From contig CAXFSR010000032.1 of assembly GCA_964005815.1 (NCBI GenBank), positions 1-16,786 of the forward strand: DNA of 16,786 nucleotides, in the 5' to 3' direction. The stretch's first letter is position 1; each line of letters starts with the position of its first letter. The notes below the pieces were generated by a model. The model did not search any database. It had not been told where the DNA came from and saw only the letters and a program-made list of their open reading frames with translations. Positions 15,729 through 16,786 of this stretch are shown piece by piece. A program made the position numbers and the translations under genes. Origin of the DNA: an uncultured Nitrospinaceae bacterium (GTDB lineage Bacteria > UBA8248).

Positions 15729-16643
15729 CTAACCTCTTGGATGATTCGAATCTATGTAATTTTTTATATCTTCGTTGTTTAAATGAGTATATATTTCTGT
15801 AGTAGAAATATCAGAGTGCCCAAGTAATACTTGAACTGTCCTTAAATCAGAACCAAATTTAAGCAAATGTGTAGCAAAACTATGGCGTAATGTATGTGGA
15901 CTAACCTTTTTTGATATCCCAGCTTGCAATGCCCAAAACTTAATTCTATTCCAAAGACTTTGCCTAGTCATACCGCTCCCTCTTCTGGTAACAAATAAAT
16001 AATCCGTTTTGCTATTTGTATTTCTAAGTAATACTGGCCTGGTATTTTCAAGATATTTTTCTAAACTCTCTTTGGCAAAATCTCCTATAGGAACCAATCT
16101 ACTCTTTCCACCCTTTCCTTCTAAAATACAGTAATTATCTTTAATATTTAATTGATGTATTTTCATTGAAATAAGTTCCGATGCTCTCAAACCGGTACTG
16201 TACATAAACTCAAACATGCAACTATCTCTATCATCTTCATTCTTCATTACACCACGTTTCAGATTATGTTTCTTAGGTGCTGCAATAAGAGACAAAACTT
16301 CAGAATCATTCAAAATTTTGGGCACTTTCGACCAAGATTTTGAAGAAATGATATCAGAAGTAAAATTTTTTTTGATAATTTTCTCTTTCAATAGATATTT
16401 AGCGAATGATTTCAAGCTTGATACTTTTCTTCGAACCGTGGCATCCGAATTTCCTGCATCTCTTAGTGTTTCTAACCACTGCAATACTATTTTACTAGAA
16501 ATAAGATGCCAATTTATTTCATTATCCCCTAAAAAAGCAGAGAATAATGAAATATCAGACAGATAACTTTCTATTGTATTGTCAGAGAGTTTCTTTTCTA
16601 AAAATAGATATTCTCTGAATTCTTCTATTATGGAGATACTCAT
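15729..16643 (-). CDS. xerD: Site-specific tyrosine recombinase XerD
   Basis: N-terminal SAM-like domain (EKKLSDNTIESYLSDI), YSTGLRASEL, GKGGKSRLVP, MTRQSLW, SPHTLRHSFATHLL, DLRTVQVLLGHSDISTTEIYTH, ending HPRG. All R-K-H-R-H-Y catalytic residues present; 304 aa. Confidence 0.9.
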   Translation of the reverse strand: MSISIIEEFREYLFLEKKLSDNTIESYLSDISLFSAFLGDNEINWHLISSKIVLQWLETLRDAGNSDATVRRKVSSLKSFAKYLLKEKIIKKNFTSDIISSKSWSKVPKILNDSEVLSLIAAPKKHNLKRGVMKNEDDRDSCMFEFMYSTGLRASELISMKIHQLNIKDNYCILEGKGGKSRLVPIGDFAKESLEKYLENTRPVLLRNTNSKTDYLFVTRRGSGMTRQSLWNRIKFWALQAGISKKVSPHTLRHSFATHLLKFGSDLRTVQVLLGHSDISTTEIYTHLNNEDIKNYIDSNHPRG

Positions 16644-16676
16644 AAAATAAAATCATCCTTATTCAGAGTTATTGAT

Positions 16677-16786
16677 TTATTTAGATTTAGATTTAGCTTT
16701 CATTAAGAATATTATCAAGAAATACAATACTGTTGATAAAACAATTTCAAAGAAAAGAAATAAAATTTTATTTAAATAAGTAGCCA
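16677..16786 (-). CDS. 3' end of an upstream membrane-protein gene (possibly MurJ/MviN-like); partial
   Basis: One minus-strand frame is open from the window edge to TAA at 16679-16677: ...ATYLNKILFLFFEIVLSTVLYFLIIFLMKAKSKSK*, a TM helix followed by a basic tail. The MurJ resemblance rests on only 35 residues. Confidence 0.5.
   Translation of the reverse strand, partial: ATYLNKILFLFFEIVLSTVLYFLIIFLMKAKSKSK

Noticed and set aside
3075..16566. All other plus-strand ORFs in the track (e.g. 4916..5269, 8751..9131, 9582..10067, 16216..16566)
   Set aside because: Each overlaps a conserved minus-strand gene, is rich in Ser/Phe/Ile/Leu as expected for antisense frames of AT-rich genes, and shows no family motifs.
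15729..16643. Tyrosine recombinase as a prophage or island integrase
   Set aside because: Length and motifs match chromosomal XerD, and no att-like repeats, tRNA, phage genes or composition shift are visible nearby.
16674..16696. Short (G)ATTTA(G) tandem repeat upstream of xerD as a binding site or dif-like element
   Set aside because: Explained by the coding of ...KAKSKSK* at the end of the upstream gene, and it does not match the dif XerC/XerD arm structure.
1..16786. CRISPR arrays, IS elements, tRNA/rRNA genes, riboswitches
   Set aside because: The window is almost fully protein-coding with a largest gap of 92 nt; no repeat-spacer pattern, transposase or structured RNA was seen.

Overview
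AT-rich (roughly 30-33% GC by eye) bacterial chromosomal segment. It holds 16 tightly packed genes, all on the minus strand. In transcription order: 3' end of a membrane protein gene (possibly murJ) - xerD - [sigma70-like promoter] - phoH - PgpH-like 7TM-HD phosphodiesterase - ybeY - HIT hydrolase - lapA-like - mutS - DUF4390-like protein - NtrY-family sensor kinase - receiver (REC)-LpxC fusion - purM - purN - lolA - rseP - ispG (running off the window). I see no mobile elements, CRISPR arrays or RNA genes, and the plus-strand ORFs are antisense shadows. The main finding is 4063..5361. There an NtrX-type receiver domain with an intact phosphorylation site is fused in frame to a complete LpxC, the zinc deacetylase for the committed step of lipid A synthesis, in place of the usual sigma54 AAA+/HTH output. 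It overlaps its likely cognate NtrY-like kinase, which in turn overlaps a DUF4390-like gene. This suggests a two-component system that controls LPS synthesis directly by phosphorylating the enzyme. A lapA-like gene with no adjacent lapB, and the lack of a C-terminal degron tail on LpxC, fit that idea. All family calls come from motif recognition only; no searches were run.
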